NCBI GenBank assembly: GCA_965221135.1
Contig: CBDCRZ010000100.1
Span: forward strand, 789,393-853,392
Origin: Sansalvadorimonas sp.
Lineage (GTDB): Bacteria > Pseudomonadota > Gammaproteobacteria > Pseudomonadales > Endozoicomonadaceae
Length of the DNA stretch: 64,000 nucleotides
Reading direction: 5' to 3'
This document shows positions 1-10,380 of the stretch, one piece after another (positions within the stretch are counted from its first letter, which is position 1; each line of letters begins with the position of its first letter). The notes under the pieces were generated by a model. That model was not told the origin of the DNA. It did not search any database and worked only from the letters and a program-made list of their open reading frames with translations. The position numbers and the translations under genes were made by a program.

Positions 1-1292
1 TACAGGACACCTACTCACTCTCTGAAGAACCAGTCACTCTCACGCTGGTCTCAGTGCCTGGAGACGGCACTATTGAACTGACCGCCGAACTCTCAACAGA
101 AGCTTTGGAAAAGATTCCGGGCTGGACCTTATTAACCGAGTGGGAGCAGGCAACCGGGCGGTTGGAAGGAAGTTATTCAACCCGATTTTCAGCGGCTGAG
201 GCATTGGGCGGGGGAACCGCCATTATTGTGTCAGCACCCGACAGGGAACTGGCCCGACAGGTAGCCGGAGTATTAAAAGAGAAGCTTGCTGTGCTGCCAG
301 GTGTCAAAGATGTCAGCGATGACAGTCAGGGTGGCCAGAGACAGGCACAGATTACGGTCAATAAGCGTGGTCGTATGTTAGGCATCACTCAAAGCCAGCT
401 CGCCACTCTTATTGGTGGTGCTTATGGTGACCTCGAAGTGTACCGGCTGCTGGAAGGCGGTGAAGAAACCCGTGTGAATGTGCGTTTTCGCGATACTCAG
501 CGTACCACGATGGACAACCTTATGGTGACGCCGGTTCGCGTTGAAAACGGTGACTTTGTCAGTCTGGGAGATATTGCTGAAATCAGATTCAAACGGGAGC
601 CGGAGATACTCTATCGACGGGACCGGCAGGGCATTGTGACTGTGTACTGGCGGCAGAATCGATCAATTGCTTCGCCGGAGGAGATCTGGTCGTCGCTGGA
701 AAAAGAGGTCGCTGAACTGGAGCGCGCCTGGCCCGGTGCACGTATTAAAGCCGTGGGTGAGTTTGAAGATATAGGCGAAGTGCGAAGCGGTTTTAAAAAA
801 GCACTGCTGCTGACGTTGCTGCTTATTTATATTTTGATGGCTATCCCTCTGAAGTCGTACTGGCAGCCAGTCATCATTATGTCTGTTATACCCTTTGGTT
901 TTGCTGGCGCAATATTTGGTCATGGTCTTATGAATTTGCCCGTCAGTATACTGTCCCTGTTCGGCATGATGGCTATGACCGGTGTGGTGGTGAATGACTC
1001 TCTGGTATTGATGACGCGTTTTAATGATCTGCATCGTCAGGGTGTACCATTGAGGGAGGCTTTGATAACAGCAGGCCGTAGTCGCATGCGGGCTATTTTT
1101 CTTACCACCGTCACCACTGTCTGTGGTTTGTTGCCCCTTTTAAGTGAGACATCGGAGCAGGCGCAATATCTGAAACCTGCTGCTGTCGCCCTCGTATTTG
1201 GCGAGCTGTTTGCCACACCGATTACTCTCATACTTATTCCGCTGCTGTTGTCATTCCAGCGCCAGAAAAAAGCAGCTGTTGAGGGTGAATAA
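1..1292 (+). CDS. RND (AcrB/HAE1-like) efflux transporter, C-terminal portion; 5' end lies outside the window
   Basis: The frame is open from nt 3 with no upstream stop. The translation has the typical RND C-terminal TM bundle (LLLTLLLIYILMAIPL, MTGVVVNDSLVLM, AIFLTTVTTVCGLLPLL). It ends at the TAA at 1290-1292. Confidence 0.85.
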   Translation, partial: QDTYSLSEEPVTLTLVSVPGDGTIELTAELSTEALEKIPGWTLLTEWEQATGRLEGSYSTRFSAAEALGGGTAIIVSAPDRELARQVAGVLKEKLAVLPGVKDVSDDSQGGQRQAQITVNKRGRMLGITQSQLATLIGGAYGDLEVYRLLEGGEETRVNVRFRDTQRTTMDNLMVTPVRVENGDFVSLGDIAEIRFKREPEILYRRDRQGIVTVYWRQNRSIASPEEIWSSLEKEVAELERAWPGARIKAVGEFEDIGEVRSGFKKALLLTLLLIYILMAIPLKSYWQPVIIMSVIPFGFAGAIFGHGLMNLPVSILSLFGMMAMTGVVVNDSLVLMTRFNDLHRQGVPLREALITAGRSRMRAIFLTTVTTVCGLLPLLSETSEQAQYLKPAAVALVFGELFATPITLILIPLLLSFQRQKKAAVEGE

Positions 1293-1328
1293 TCATTTTT
1301 CCGCCCGTTATACTGAGAGCCTTAAGCT

Positions 1329-2273
1329 GTGAGGATTCAAGCGCTGAGGATTCCCATGCCCCTCTCTGAGCCAGTCAATATTGTTCCGGAAGATACTCTT
1401 ATTGCTTCGTTGTCTCCTCTCTGGCGTGAGCGTTTTGAGCGTGGGATAGTGTTTATGCTCGCACACCTTGTCGATATTCCTTTCCCTTCATGGGGCAGGG
1501 TTGCTGCCGAGTGTGCTGTGTCACCCTTCCATTTTCATCGAATGTTTCGTGCGATCTTTAAGGAAACACCCGGACGGTATGTTTTACGGGCACGACTGCA
1601 GCTGGCCGTGCACTACCTGCTGGAGAGTGCAGACAAAAGCGTGACAGATGTGGCGCTGAGCTGCGGTTTTTCATCTTCGCAGTCTTTAGCCCGGGCGTTG
1701 AAACGGGAAACAGGCGAAAGCCCGAAAAATATCCGCGCACTTCGTAGCAGTTACGATACCGGCACCATTGAGGCACTGTTTCAGACACTGGGGCACCCCG
1801 GTGAGAACAATTCACGGAGTATCGAAGCACAGCTGGCCAGGAATATTGTGTTTACAGTCCAGCAGCGGCCTGCTCTGTACCTTAAGGGGCAAACAGTTTT
1901 GCCTCCTTTAGAACAGGGTGTGGAAAAGGCTTATCTGAAATATGACCGGCATATGCAATCAGAACTCTGCATTGTGGCAGCCGCAACAGAGTACAATAAA
2001 CCATTCACTGAAATGACTATGTCCGCAGGCGTTCAGACTGCAGATAAACAACTGGCGGATATTATCTTTCCGGCAGGGACCTTTTTATGTTGCCGCATTC
2101 GCCTCAGCACCGATTCAGCTTACATTGCTGCTCTGGATGCAATCTATTCCCATATCCTGAAGGAAGGCCTTGAGCTTGATGAAGAAGGGTATGGTTTTGA
2201 GATTCTGCATAACCCTGCAGAATTCTATATTCAGCCTTCCGACATGACTTTGGGTGTTCAGGTTAAAGCTTAA
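1329..2273 (+). CDS. AraC-family transcriptional regulator with a C-terminal GyrI-like effector-binding domain (Rob-like architecture)
   Basis: AraC HTH signatures are present (VSPFHFHRMFRAIFKETPGRY, TDVALSCGFSSSQSLARALKRETGESP) with a ~150-aa C-terminal extension. The start could be the GTG at 1329 or the ATG at 1356. It sits directly downstream of the RND pump gene, a classic efflux-regulator arrangement. Confidence 0.8.
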   Translation: MRIQALRIPMPLSEPVNIVPEDTLIASLSPLWRERFERGIVFMLAHLVDIPFPSWGRVAAECAVSPFHFHRMFRAIFKETPGRYVLRARLQLAVHYLLESADKSVTDVALSCGFSSSQSLARALKRETGESPKNIRALRSSYDTGTIEALFQTLGHPGENNSRSIEAQLARNIVFTVQQRPALYLKGQTVLPPLEQGVEKAYLKYDRHMQSELCIVAAATEYNKPFTEMTMSAGVQTADKQLADIIFPAGTFLCCRIRLSTDSAYIAALDAIYSHILKEGLELDEEGYGFEILHNPAEFYIQPSDMTLGVQVKA

Positions 2274-2503
2274 ACGGGACGATATTTGAACGTATTTATG
2301 AAGCCTGAATGTTTTTCATTCAAGCTATGGTCATTGCGCAGGTTTAAGGGCGTGTCATGTGCCTTTTTGTTGATTTGATACAGGTATTACGAACCCTGTT
2401 CCCTTCATGATTTTACGGTCATAAAAAAACGACTTTGGCGCACCGGTCGTCACATCGGTCGCGCTCAAGCTCATACCGTAGAGTCCGTTGTTCTATGCAA
2501 CCT
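2256..2503. repeat. Copy 1 of a ~245-bp direct repeat (last 18 nt of the AraC gene plus the downstream intergenic region)
   Basis: Positions 2256-2503 are about 93% identical to 15135-15378 (gttcaggttaaagcttaa...gctcataccgtagagtccgttgttctatgc). Confidence 0.85.
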
Positions 2504-2570
2504 CTGTCGTTATGCGCTGAATCCATATATCAGCAGGTTGCCAGAGCTGAGTGGCCCGGTGGTGGAGATA

Positions 2571-3018
2571 TTAAATACCAGCCTGATTATAAGCCGCACT
2601 CAATGTTCCATTGCTCTTTTGAGCGGAAGTGTCCCTGTCCATATTACTGGACGCTGCGATGGTCGCCAGTTGCTTATCAGTATCAGCACAGGCATCCATC
2701 ACCAGATTATTTTTCAGGAAGTTTGGATTGGCCAATATATCCAATTCCACATTATTTCTTCTAAGGGGTACATGAAATGGGCTTTTCAGCTGGGCTAACG
2801 GGGATGAGTTCAGGATTTCCTTCATCATGAATTTGACTGATGCCTGGTGGTACTTCAGGCATAACGCCCCGGAGGAAAAAGTCTTTTATAGACACCTTGC
2901 CAACGGCTTTTCCTTCAGCATCCCGGATGATGAGACCCTTGTAAGTATCTCTTCCAAACATTGAGTAGCCATCAAGACTTATTTGGTACTTCCAGGCATT
3001 GATCCTGAAATCGGTCAT
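2571..3018 (-). pseudogene. Possible disrupted gene remnant (two overlapping minus-strand ORFs in different frames)
   Basis: ORFs 2761..3018 and 2571..2828 overlap in different frames. No recognisable family. The region 2504-3330 has many short overlapping ORFs on both strands, typical of decayed sequence. Confidence 0.2.
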
Positions 3019-3573
3019 CCCCTTTGATGTCAGACCTTCAATAAGGCCAGGGACAGACCTGTCACCAAGACACGAAAAGCAATCAATTTGTTTAACTGTA
3101 ATATTGATGCTGGAAAAAAACGTGACAAGGTCTTTTCCAAACTCTACAGAGTCAAGTTGTACGTATGTCGTTTCACTGTTGACTTCGAAACATACCGGTA
3201 CTTATCACCAGAGGTCGACCTGATACCTCGACCGCGTCACCATTCCAGGTCCACATATATCGTACGGCATGGCATTCTGGTAGATGAAATAAGGCGAAAA
3301 GAAGATATGTAGAATAAATACTCTTCGTAATAAAACATGTCTTAAATATCATTTCTAAGTTACAAAGTGTTGAAAACGGGAAGGCACCAGAAAGATAATC
3401 AGAGATCAGAACCGTTAAGTGAGAGATGGATTGTAGAACGGGGTCGTGTTCTACTCATTTAGATGAATTCAAATAATAAGTGCAGGATAGGTTTCCATTG
3501 TCTGGTTTGTAGGAGTATAGATCTAATCCATAAAGGGTTCTCACAGATTTCATATCCAGTTAATTCTGTGTCG

Positions 3574-3662
3574 CCCCGGTGAGAACAATTCACGGAGCAC
3601 AGAAGCACTGCTGGCCAGGAATATAGTTTTTACCGTCCAGCAAAGGCCGGCCCTGTACCTTC
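3574..3662 (+). repeat. Ectopic 89-bp fragment of the AraC gene (copy of nt 1796-1884)
   Basis: ccccggtgagaacaattcacggag...ctggccaggaata...ccagca..ggcc.gc.ctgtacctt matches the AraC CDS internal segment at roughly 85-90% identity. Confidence 0.7.
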
Positions 3663-3771
3663 GATGATTTCAGTGTAAATCATCAGGCCTGTTCAGTTCT
3701 GCTGTCTGACTTCATAGACGACTATACTCACATACCCTTTGCATCGTCGGGCATGCCCTGTGAGTATCACT

Positions 3772-4392
3772 ATGACATTTCAATCGCCCTGTTATACCCT
3801 GTCACACATAGTACTGGCATTCAGTTTACTGCTGACCGCAGGCACAGCACCTGCGGACGATATTACAAAGACCTGCGGCACTGTGCCTTACGAAAAGTCA
3901 GAAAACGGCAGCTATTATCTCCCGCTCTGTCTGCCTGACTCGATTCAGGGAGATGACCCCAAAGGTATGCCTGGCGTCACTGTTCAGGCAAGAGACCCAC
4001 ATACTTTCAAAATTGTTGAGTGTAACCTGTACGTCTCTTTTTATGAGGTCCAGCAAGCCTTCGATTACCGGCGACTGGATCTTTTCAGTCATATGACAGA
4101 CAACAACGGCAATGCCTGGAAGCACCAACCCGCTGATCCGGGTGATACTCAATATCTGGCCCGTTTCTACGAGTGCAAGCACCCCAGAACAGAGAAAGAA
4201 ATGAAAGAGCAGGGTTACAATGGCTACTACCCCTGTCCTAACGATGAAATCACTCAGAGCCGACACATCTACCACCTTCTACTCAGATCAGCAGATGGTC
4301 AGTTGACAGATTATGACTGCACCGATTCCGCTTTTGGCCCGGCTCAGGCCGTATGGCAAAAAGTCATTGATGCTGACAAAAAATCAGGATGA
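3772..4392 (+). CDS. Secreted cysteine-rich hypothetical protein
   Basis: ATG at 3772. It has a signal peptide (MTFQSPCYTLSHIVLAFSLLLTAGTAPADD) and 8 Cys in the mature part. No recognisable family. Confidence 0.5.
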   Translation: MTFQSPCYTLSHIVLAFSLLLTAGTAPADDITKTCGTVPYEKSENGSYYLPLCLPDSIQGDDPKGMPGVTVQARDPHTFKIVECNLYVSFYEVQQAFDYRRLDLFSHMTDNNGNAWKHQPADPGDTQYLARFYECKHPRTEKEMKEQGYNGYYPCPNDEITQSRHIYHLLLRSADGQLTDYDCTDSAFGPAQAVWQKVIDADKKSG

Positions 4393-4486
4393 CAGTAAAA
4401 CCGCTCGAAGCCACAGGAATCAGTGCAGGCCTGGGGTGATACACGTGCCTGGCGCAGTTCATCCAGGGCTCGCTGGTTCATAAGTA

Positions 4487-4639
4487 CCCGGTCACATGAA
4501 AACATAGTTTTCTGACTCAATCTCCAGGACACTCAGCAGTGCCGCAGCTCCCGTCACATAGCGGGCTATGCTCCCTACGCTGCCACCCAGCTGAGAAACC
4601 TGTTTATTGGCCAGAAATATATGCTTCCACATGGCCGGG
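4487..4639 (+). mobile_element. MITE-like element, copy 1 (~150 bp, imperfect ~25-bp TIR ATAAGTRCCCGGNCACATGAAAAC)
   Basis: cccggtcacatgaaaaca...tctgactcaatctccaggacactcagc...gctgagaaacctgtttattggccagaaata...ccacatggccggg. The two ends are inverted complements. The same element recurs at 4 other loci. Confidence 0.7.
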
Positions 4640-4701
4640 CACTTATAGGACAGGTCAACCTCACCGGTCATCCTGCAAGCCTTCTGACATGACTTTGGGG
4701 T

Positions 4702-6503
4702 GTAAACATTCCGTGAACCCATAGTCACTCCGCCACCGGCTTCTGGCGGGTAGCGTGCTTATGATTTTGGTGATGGGGTAACTGAGCATCATCTGGAGGG
4801 CTGTGATTCTTCAATGATTGAAGACGTCCATCCGTCATCAGCCAGGGTAGCCAGTCGGACTGGTCTTCCGGCGGATTCCTGTCATTCTCTGCACACGCCT
4901 GCAGATATTCACTCAGCCAAAACCAGGGATTGATATCCCAAAGGTCCAGGGTCATGAACACGGAGAACAGCCAGGCGGTCAGCTTTCCGCTCCAGTCACT
5001 GCCCGCGCCATAGAAGTTTTTTCGCCCCACAACCGGTGATCGAAGTGACCGCTCGGCCGCGTTGTTATCCATCGGCACTTCGGGGTGATCGGCAAACAGG
5101 CACAACCCTTTCCAATGTTTTTGAAGGCTGGTAAGCACTGTCCGACACTGTTCCTTCAGTTCTGGCCGGGCGAGTTCTTCAATGCGCCGCTTCTCCATGC
5201 TGCTTGGATGGTTTTTCAGTGCACTGTCGTATTTCTGGAATACTTCAGAAGTCCCAAGACTGTTCAACCTTTAATGATTCAAATGGTAAAGCCTGCCAAT
5301 CCGTTTGACCCAGGTCGCACTCCATGTTTTCAGTCCGTCAGTTCCCCGTTCCGCATTGATAAAGTCTTTGCGAACATGACTCCAGAAAAAGGCAAGAAAC
5401 ACATCCTGATTTTCACGAGCCAGGCATTTGTAGGCGCTGTAACGGTCGCAGATAAGCACACCGTTACTGTCGCATAGCACACGCTTGCCGAACGGTTGTC
5501 GTCCACGCTGTAGTAGGCTGCGGTGCTGCTTAAATAGACCCACAGCCAGTGTTTTTTGGCCTCTTTTTCATCACCACAGACCAGCCAGCGAGTTTCGTCG
5601 GCATGCCACTGCTCGTCACTGGCGACGCGTTCCCGGATAGCTTCGGCAACCGGTGCAAACAAAGGTTGGATGATTTTCAAACCACCGGCCACTGTCCCCG
5701 GAGACAAGGTCAGGCCCCGCAGGCGAAAGTCCTGTAATTGCCGGGCAACGGGGATACCGAAGGCGTATTTGTGTAACAGAATCTCGACCCAGACAGAGAT
5801 GCCCAGCTTACCCTTGCGGATCAGTTTGGCTGGACCCGGAGCGATGGTCATGGCCGGTGACTGTTCGCACTGGCAGGTTTTGAGATAACGATGTCTGTGA
5901 TAGCGGCGGATATGAGCCTGTACATCTACCTCGACGACGTCGCTGTCTTCGGTACCAAAGGGTTTAAAGGGGAAATGACAGTGAGGGCACTGCTTTTGGT
6001 GATCTTCAAGATCAAGGTGTTCGGGAACCACAGGAAGTGTTGTGATTGTTGTACGACCATGACCTTTGTGACCCCGTTGCTGGCCTCTGGATTTTGAGGA
6101 AGGCCGGGCTTTCTTTTCCTGTTTTCGGGAGGAGTTTTTCTTTTCCGTCGAATGCCCAAAAACCCTATGCTGAACCCCCGCCAGCTGATTTTTGAGGGTG
6201 GCAATCTGCTCTTGGAATGTGGCTAGCTCATGGGCGTGCTCGGCCTTTATCTGTTTGATCCGCTCAAGCGCCTTCTTCTCCCGTGTTCGGGTGCGTTGCC
6301 ACTGGGTGCGCATTGTTTGGCCTGAGCCTTCAGTTCGATGTAGTCCACTTTGGGGAGTGTGACCTGAGCGTAGGCAAAGGGGGCTTTCATCGGGTCAGGC
6401 GCAACCCTGGTATGGGGAGAAGATTCGGAGGAAATCATGGGGGAAATATAGTCCCCCTGGAAAGAATGGGTATTTTGGAGTTATGGGTTCACGGAATGTT
6501 TAC
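4702..6503 (-). mobile_element. IS66-family insertion sequence (single-ORF type), 1802 bp, with perfect 19-bp terminal inverted repeats
   Basis: gtaaacattccgtgaaccc at 4702-4720 is the reverse complement of 6485-6503. The flanking 8-mers tttggggt and ttgggggg look like an imperfect target duplication. The internal ORFs are IS66 TnpC-like. Confidence 0.85.
4725..6438 (-). pseudogene. IS66-family transposase (TnpC-like), disrupted into at least 4 ORFs
   Basis: The ORF pieces 6247..6438, 5330..6313, 5271..5543 and 4725..5267 carry IS66 hallmarks: a leucine-zipper/coiled-coil N-terminus, a CxxC...C zinc-finger region (CPHCHFPF...CQCEQ), WHADETRW, DRYSAYK and a C-terminal NNAAERSLR motif. Frame changes fall near 6300 and 5540, and a stop at 5268-5270. 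Confidence 0.8.
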
Positions 6504-6714
6504 TTGGGGGGTCAGGTGTAACCTTTCTACCAACCACCTAAACGCCACCATTTCAGGCAATGATTTTTCCTATCCGGTTATGCTTTTGGAGGATCATGGT
6601 CGGTATATGAGGCGGTTTGCTGATTGTGTATTCCCTTCTCTTTTTGGCCTGTGCCGTCTTGCCATATATCCCGCCATTGCCTTTACTGCACAGCCTTAAC
6701 GAACGGGCAAGAGG
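6504..6714 (+). repeat. Leader segment of the tandemly duplicated gene unit (copy 1); copies 2 and 3 at 10188-10380 and 13356-13433
   Basis: aacctttctaccaaccacct.aacgccaccatttcaggcaatgatttttcct.tccggttatgcttttggaggatcatgg... is repeated after each repeat-protein gene. The third copy is cut by IS66 number 2 at 13434. Confidence 0.8.
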
Positions 6715-9700
6715 ATGAGATTTACCGTGAATATTGGTGCTCACTTTTGCAGGAGAGAATTGTTTTTTATTTGGTTAATGCTACCGCTGTCAGGGGGCGT
6801 GATAGAGAAATGCGCAGCAGCAGATAAAGATACAAAGAAAAGCTGGGCGGCAATTGTAAAGCCTTTACCTGCTTCCCTGTATCCCGGTCGTACCTGTGTC
6901 CGGCCACATGCCTCTCCTGTTCCTGAATCATCAATGCTTCAGTGGCCGCCTGTATTGACCACATCAAAGACCCATGCCGAAGTCCCTTCACGACAACAGG
7001 AATCGTCTGAGGCTACAGTTCGAACACATCCACAAAGAAGCCCAGACAGAAAGAGACAATATTACCGCAACCCTTCCGCCGAGCGTTTCGATCAACAGAT
7101 AGAAGCACTGGCAAACGAAGTGAATCGACTCAAAAAGCAACTTCACGGGCCACATCGGGAGAGCCATAAAACCGAGCTTTTAGATCTTGCATTCCAGATG
7201 ACAGAAAGAGAGCCGCACCCGCTTCGAGCCAGTCCCAGAGCCCTTGCTCTTTTGGCAAATGCGTTTTCAAAATTAGCAAAATATCAAGAAGGCGCCACAG
7301 CGTTAGACTGGATAATGAAAGCCGTGATCCACCGCAGTCAAAAACAGCAGCTAACCAAACGGTGCGGATTTAAAGCCCAAACGCTGGCCATGGTGCTCAA
7401 TAGCCTGAGTCAGGTCGCCGGTGACAAAGCCGACACGACCCGGAAGGCGCTGGCCAAAGAGGTGGGAAGCCGTGATTTGACCAACACCAAAGAGTGGTCC
7501 GCCCAGCATCTGGCCATGGTGACCAATGGCCTGATCCAGGTGGCGGGGGACGACGCCGACACGACCCGGAAGGCGCTGGCCAAAGAGGTGGGAAGCCGTG
7601 ATTTGGCCGACACCAAAGAGTGGTCGGCCCAGCATCTGGCCATGGTGACCAATGGCCTGAGGCAGGTGGCGGGGGACGACGCCGACACAGACCCGGAAGG
7701 CGCTGGCCAAAGAAGTGGGGAGGCGTGCCCTTGCCGGAGACCTTAAGTGCTGGATAGCGCAAGATCTGGCCATGGTGACCAATGGCCTGAGCCCGGTGAC
7801 GGGGGACGACGCCGACACGACCCGGAAGGCGCTGGCCAAAGAGGTGGAAAAGCGTGCCCTTGACCGGAGACCTTAAGAGCTGGATCGGCGCCAGCCTCTG
7901 GCCATGGTGACCAATGGCCTGAGCCAGGTGGCGGGGGACGACGCCGACACGACCCGGAAGGCGCTGGCCAAAGAGGTGGGGAGGCGTGATTTGACTGACA
8001 CCAGGGAGTGGTCGGCCCAGCATCTGGCCATGGTGACCAATGGCCTGAGCCAGGTGGCGGGTGACGACGCCGAGCACGACCCGGAAGGCGCTGGCCAAAG
8101 AGGTGGGGAGGCGTGATTTGACCGACACCAAAGAGTGGTCGGCCCAGCATCTGGCCATGGTGACCAATGGCCTGAGCCAGGTGGACGGGGGACGACGCCG
8201 ACACGACCCGGAAGGCGCTGGCCAAAGAAGTGGGGAGGCGTGCCCTTGCCGGAGACCTTAAGTGCTGGATAGCGCAAGATCTGGCCATGGTGACCAATGG
8301 CCTGAGCCAGGTGACGGGGGACGACGCCGACACGACCCGGAAGGCGCTGGCCAAAGAGGTGGGAAGCCGTGATTTGACCGACACCAAAGAGTGGTCGGCC
8401 CAGCCTCTGGCCATGGTGACCAATGGCCTGAGCCAGGTGACGGGGGACGACGCCGACACGACCCGGAAGGCGCTGGCCAAAGAGGTGGGGAGGCGTGCCC
8501 TTGACCGGAGACCTTAAGAGCTGGATCGGCGCAACATCTGGCCATGGTGACCAATGGCCTGAGGCAGGTGGCGGGGGACGACGCCGACACGACCCGGAAG
8601 GCGCTGGCCAAAGAAGTGGGGAGGCGTGCCCTTGCCGGAGACCTTAAGTGCTGGATAGCGCAAGATCTGGCCATGGTGACCAATGGCCTGAGCCAGGTGA
8701 CGGGGGACGACGCCGACACGACCCGGAAGGCGCTGGCCAAAGAGGTGGGAAGCCGTGATTTGACCAACACCAAAGAGTGGTCGGCCCAGCCTCTGGCCAT
8801 GGTGACCAATGGCCTGAGCCAGGTGACGGGGGACGACGCCGACACGACCCGGAAGGCGCTGGCCAAAGAAGTGGGGAGGCGTGCCCTTGCCGGAGACCTT
8901 AAGTGCTGGATAGCGCAACATCTGGCCATGGTGACCAATGGCCTGAGACCAGGTGGCGGGGGACGACGCCGACACGACCCGGAAGGCGCTGGCCAAAGAG
9001 GTGGGAAGCCGTGATTTGACCGACACCAAAGAGTGGTCGGCCCAGATCTGGCCATGGTGACCAATGGCCTGAGCCAGGTGGCGGGGGACGACGCCGACAC
9101 GACCCGGAAGGCGCTGGCCAAAGAGGTGGGGAGGCGTGATTTGACTGACCCCAGGGAGTGGTCGGCCCAGCCTCTGGCCATGGTGACCAATGGCCTGAGC
9201 CAGGTGACGGGGGACGACGCCGACACGACCCGGAAGGCGCTGGCCAAAGAGGTGGGGAGGCGTGATTTGACTGACCCCAGGGAGTGGTCAGCCCAGCATC
9301 TGGCCATGGTGGCCAGTGGGATGTCTCATTGCTCACACGTCATAGGGGAGGATGTTGTTCAAGCTTCGATTCAAGCCATTATGAACATATCGCCGACTGA
9401 ACAGGATATCATTATGGCCCTTGACGCTTTGTGCCGTTTATCTCTGTCAGACGACCAGCTGAAGCTTGGCTATTTCCTGGTTAAACGTCTTTGTGATATG
9501 ACTGGTTTTATTGACACAGGCGGCCCTCTACAGCATAGCGTCGGCGACTTCTTATGGAACCTGGCCGTTCTGGATTTATGTGCAAAACAAAATCCGCTCG
9601 TCAAGGATGATCCTGATACACCCCGTTTCGATATCTTTGTTAAGCCGCTAATGGATAGGGAAAATATCAGGGACCTTCTTTCACATCACTGGCAAGACAG

Positions 9701-10187
9701 ATTTGCATATATTTACTGGGCAGGCATTTCTAACCTGGAAATTGATGTGTCTCCTGCTCTTTCTGCTCCTGAAAAAAAGGTGAAGGTCTCAGCATTACAA
9801 AACAGAGTGTTCCAGGCTGTTAAAAATGCTTTGCCAAACCAAAATATTGTTATGGAAGTGAATATTGAAGGGTTCCCAGTTGATATTCTGGTGGGTAAAA
9901 CCTTGTGTATAGAGGTCGATGGCCCCCATCATTATATTCAGGATGACACAATGGAAAACGATGAGCTTCTTCTTGCAAAAGAATCTGGAAAAAGAAGAGC
10001 GCGAGACCCTTTGATAGATCACATACTCAAAAGCCTGGGGTTTGAGGTGCTACGTATTTCCTATGTTGAGACTGACTCGGTCGCAGGCCTTGGAACGTTT
10101 GTTGATCGGGTGATAAATGCAATGGACGAACAAGAAATGAGTAGCCAGTATGAAGGCCTGAGAGTGAATGACTTGCCAGCCTGGTAA
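6715..10187 (+). pseudogene. Gene 1 for an OPR/FASTK-like protein: N-terminal region, ~15 tandem 42-aa helical repeats, then a RAP/PD-(D/E)xK-like C-terminal domain. The frame is broken by several 1-nt indels inside the repeats
   Basis: The protein pieces are 6715..7746, 7904..8116, 8061..8261, 8230..8517, 8544..9014 and 9033..10187. The repeat consensus is ...SAQHLAMVTNGLSQVAGDDADTTRKALAKEVGSRDLTDTKEW. The C-terminus (CIEVDGPHHY...RDPLIDHILKSLGFEVLRISY) matches the RAP-domain hallmark. Confidence 0.7.
7372..9300 (+). repeat. Array of ~15 near-identical 126-bp tandem repeats (coding) in two subtypes: A with ...SRDLTDTKEWSAQH..., B with ...RRALAGDLKCWIAQD...
   Basis: ggccatggtgaccaatggcctgag recurs with period 126 bp. 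Single-base indels are seen at about 7692, 8176, 8948 and 9047. Confidence 0.85.
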
Positions 10188-10380
10188 CCTTTCTACCAAC
10201 CACCTGAACGCCACCATTTCAGGCAATGATTTTTCCTGTCCGGTTATGCTTTTGGAGGATCATGGTCGGTATATGAGGCGGTTTGCTGATTGTGTATTCC
10301 CTTCTCTTTTTGGCCTGTGCCGTCTTGCCATATATCCCGCCATTGCCTTTACTGCACAGCCTCAACGAACGGGCAACAGG

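Noticed and set aside
2435-3312. Several overlapping 60-110-aa ORFs on both strands (2435..2764, 2538..2798, 2999..3223, 3088..3312)
   Set aside because: They overlap one another and have no RBS or coherent product. The region lies inside the rearranged island and is best treated as decayed sequence. Only a tentative minus-strand remnant is listed.
7351-9336. Long minus-strand ORFs (e.g. 7397..8167, 7743..8480, 8258..9307) antisense to the repeat-protein genes
   Set aside because: They are artefacts of the GC-rich 126-bp tandem repeat, which is open in several frames. Their translations are low-complexity (P/R/S/W-rich) and they lie wholly inside the sense-strand repeat genes.
10168-10380. 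ORF 10168..11178 appearing to start inside the previous gene's 3' end
   Set aside because: The first 70 codons are read-through of the inter-gene leader repeat. The conserved start of the unit (MRFTVNIGAHF) is at 10381, matching gene 1 at 6715.
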